The notes beneath the pieces are model-generated. The model saw only the letters and a program-made list of their open reading frames with translations. It made no database searches and was not told where the DNA came from. From an uncultured Candidatus Saccharibacteria bacterium (GTDB taxonomy: Bacteria; Patescibacteriota; Minisyncoccia; JAHISW01; Tagabacteraceae), in assembly GCA_964636095.1 (NCBI GenBank), contig CAZWRF010000002.1, positions 1-32,000 of the forward strand: 32,000 bases of DNA. Reading direction: 5' to 3'. Shown piece by piece: positions 30,081-32,000 of this stretch (position 1 is the first letter of the stretch; every line of letters starts with the position of its first letter). The position numbers and the translations under genes are program-made.

Positions 30081-30116
30081 ATGCAGGGGTAATTTTTGTG
30101 GTAAAATAAAAGTAAG

Positions 30117-31673
30117 ATGACAAAACCTTTGGCTTTAATAATTTTGGACGGATTCGGCTACGACAGCCATGCCACGGAATCGCCATGGCAGCTGGCCGAA
30201 CACCCTAATTTTTCCGAAATAGAAAAAAATTTTCCTTTTACCACCCTTCAGGCCTCAGGCCTGGCGGTGGGTCTTCCCTGGGGAAAAGCGGGAAACAGCG
30301 AGGTGGGCCACCTTACTATGGGTGCGGGGAGAATTATTTACAATCACCTGCCAAGAATTATCATGGCTATCCACGATGGGAGCTTCATGAAAAACAAGGC
30401 TTTCCTTGAAGCAGCGGACCATGTCAAAAAAAACAAAAGCAGGCTGCACCTTATGGGCCTTTTTTCTTCCGGCTCTGTTCACGCTTATGCCGATCACTTG
30501 TATGCTCTTATGGATTTTGCCAAAGAGCAGGGCGTAGAAAAGACTTATTTGCATCTTTTTACCGACGGCAGGGATTGCCCGCCTTATGAAGGAGCAAAGT
30601 TTGTGAAACAGTTTGAAGAACGGCTTCAAAAATATCCCAATATTAAAATAGCTTCGGTTATAGGCAGGCGTTTTTCCATGGACAGGGACGACAATTGGGA
30701 TCGCACGGAAAAGGCCTACAATCTAATGGTTGAAGGCAAAGGCAAAGAGTTCAAATTTGCTTCTCAGTTTATTGACGAAAACTACAAAAACGGCGTTTCG
30801 GACGAATTTGTGGAAGCCGGCTTTTCTTCCGAAGGCGAGCCTATTCAAAACGGAGACGCGGCAATATTTTTTAATTACAGAGAAGATAGCGCCAGACAAA
30901 TTACCAAGTCTTTTGTGGAAACAAGCTTTGAAAAATTTTCCCGCAAAAAAGTTGCCGACCTTTTGTTTGTAACAATGACTCAATACGAAGACGACTTGTC
31001 TACCCTTGTTGCTTTTTCTCCCCTCAAAGTGGAAAATCCGTTGGCAAAAGTTGTTTCCATGGCCGGTTTAAAGCAACTCCACATAGCGGAAACCGAAAAA
31101 TACGCGCACGTTACTTACTTTTTCAATGGAGGCAGAGAAGAGCCTTTTGCCGGCGAAGAAAGAATTCTTGTGCCTTCTTTGCAAATTCCCCACTACGACG
31201 ATAATCCGGAAATGTCGGCTCGGAAAATAACGGAGAAAGTTTTAACAGCGATTGATGAATACGATTTTTTGGTAATAAATTTTGCCAACGCGGATATGGT
31301 GGGGCACACCGGCAACCTCAATGCCTGCGTTAAAGCTATTGAAGTTTTGGATGAATGCGTGGGGAAAATAATCCCAAAAATCATTGGGAAAAACGGGGCA
31401 GTTATTATTACTGCCGACCATGGTAACGTAGAAGAAAAAATGTATAAGCTTACGGGAGAGAGAAGAACGAATCACACGATAAATCCGGTGCCTCTTTATT
31501 TGATAGGGGAGAAGTGGAAAAGAGAAAAACCCCTTGAAGAGAAAGAAATTTCAGCATGTTACAAAAGAACAGAAGGTGTTCTTTCTGACGTGGCTCCTAC
31601 AATTATTGAAATTCTTGGCCTTGAAAAGCCGGCAGAAATGACGGGAGGCACCTTGCTTCCGAAGTTAAAATAG
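30117..31673 (+). CDS. gpmI: 2,3-bisphosphoglycerate-independent phosphoglycerate mutase
   Basis: LIILDGFG, AGNSEVGHLTMGAGR, TDGRD, ADMVGHTG and ITADHGN motifs. TGGTAAAAT (30099-30107) lies 9 nt upstream of the ATG. Confidence 0.9.
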   Translation: MTKPLALIILDGFGYDSHATESPWQLAEHPNFSEIEKNFPFTTLQASGLAVGLPWGKAGNSEVGHLTMGAGRIIYNHLPRIIMAIHDGSFMKNKAFLEAADHVKKNKSRLHLMGLFSSGSVHAYADHLYALMDFAKEQGVEKTYLHLFTDGRDCPPYEGAKFVKQFEERLQKYPNIKIASVIGRRFSMDRDDNWDRTEKAYNLMVEGKGKEFKFASQFIDENYKNGVSDEFVEAGFSSEGEPIQNGDAAIFFNYREDSARQITKSFVETSFEKFSRKKVADLLFVTMTQYEDDLSTLVAFSPLKVENPLAKVVSMAGLKQLHIAETEKYAHVTYFFNGGREEPFAGEERILVPSLQIPHYDDNPEMSARKITEKVLTAIDEYDFLVINFANADMVGHTGNLNACVKAIEVLDECVGKIIPKIIGKNGAVIITADHGNVEEKMYKLTGERRTNHTINPVPLYLIGEKWKREKPLEEKEISACYKRTEGVLSDVAPTIIEILGLEKPAEMTGGTLLPKLK

Positions 31674-31725
31674 TGCATAGTATAAAAAGTCTTTGGCTTT
31701 GCCCTTCGAAGCTTTAGCGAAGTAG

Positions 31726-31797
31726 GGCCCCATCGTCTAACGGCCAGGACGCCACTCTTTCAAGGTGGAAATCGGGGTTCGATTCCCCGTGGGGCCA
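31726..31797 (+). tRNA. tRNA-Glu (anticodon UUC)
   Basis: Acceptor GGCCCCA/TGGGGCC, D arm GTCT-AACGGCCA-GGAC, anticodon arm CCACT-CTTTCAA-GGTGG, T arm CGGGG-TTCGATT-CCCCG. No encoded CCA. Confidence 0.9.
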
Positions 31798-31824
31798 CAA
31801 TTTACTATTATCCTGAGTAGTTTT

Positions 31825-31912
31825 GGAGGATTGGCCGAGTGGTTTAAGGCGCCGCTCTCGAAAAGCGGTTGGGGGAAACCCCTCACAGGTTCAAATCCTG
31901 TATCCTCCGCCA
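31825..31912 (+). tRNA. tRNA-Ser (anticodon CGA), class II with long variable arm, CCA encoded
   Basis: Acceptor GGAGGAT/ATCCTCC, anticodon arm CCGCT-CTCGAAA-AGCGG, variable arm GGGG-GAAA-CCCC, T arm ACAGG-TTCAAAT-CCTGT, then GCCA. Confidence 0.9.
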
Positions 31913-32000
31913 TGAACAATTCAAGAAAAGTTTTAATTGTAAGTGAATCTTCAAGCGATGCTTTTGCCTTTGAAGAAATTTTGCGCAAAAAGGGCCTGTC
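31912..32000 (+). CDS. Partial ORF, receiver-domain-like N-terminus (truncated by the window end)
   Basis: ATG shares its A with the tRNA-Ser CCA end. It translates as MNNSRKVLIVSESSSDAFAFEEILRKKGL, which resembles the beta1-alpha1 start of response-regulator receivers. Only 29 codons are visible. Confidence 0.35.
   Translation, partial: MNNSRKVLIVSESSSDAFAFEEILRKKGL

Noticed and set aside
31737-31988. 83-aa minus-strand ORF.
   Set aside because: It is antisense to tRNA-Glu and tRNA-Ser, so it is an artefact of the GC-rich tRNA sequence.
1-32000. Alternative genetic code (UGA recoding, as in some candidate phyla).
   Set aside because: Long conserved genes are intact under the standard code. 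TGA also serves as a genuine stop (for example PHP at 15785-15787 and yraN at 25798-25800), ending proteins at family-typical lengths.

Overview
Standard-code, AT-rich, very gene-dense bacterial window: about 45 genes, with gaps often under 30 bp or overlapping. The content suggests a small-genome fermentative bacterium of the Candidate Phyla Radiation/Patescibacteria type (inference only): compact housekeeping enzymes, a group 3b [NiFe]-hydrogenase, a type IV pilus module with giant minor pilins, scarce Shine-Dalgarno sites and many small hypothetical membrane proteins. Layout: (1) minus-strand run tsaD-valS-prsW-hsp20-orf100-tRNA-Arg (1-4913), with a divergent NlpC/P60 gene. (2) Plus-strand operon 5533-12327: DUF2229-like protein, HgdC/BcrAD-type activase ATPase, DUF192, DUF167, then sulfhydrogenase-type hydB-hydG-hydD-[392-bp spacer]-hydA. 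(3) Convergent hypC-eamA-orf247 (12457-14335), a 7-TM protein and a PHP phosphoesterase. (4) Minus-strand histidine kinase, CheY-like regulator, pilB, pilC and three pilin-like genes (15790-23882). (5) nusA, yraN, tRNA-Pro. (6) Two small membrane proteins, tRNA-Gly, hup, rny. (7) orf187, gpmI, tRNA-Glu, tRNA-Ser and a partial receiver-like ORF. I saw no transposase, integrase, CRISPR array, rRNA or recognisable defence gene. The most noteworthy signals are: (a) four parS-like palindromes (GTTWCA-NN-TGWAAC) within 718 bp around yraN and tRNA-Pro; (b) a promoter-to-terminator non-coding unit of about 280 nt, antisense-oriented, inside the hydrogenase operon; (c) an orphan ATP-dependent electron activase pair co-operonic with the hydrogenase; (d) a perfect 31-nt duplication of the tRNA-Gly 3' end embedded in a structured element; (e) a recurrent promoter-abutting-ATG (leaderless-like) architecture with TGGTAnAAT extended -10 boxes. 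All functional calls come from by-eye motif recognition. No database search was possible.
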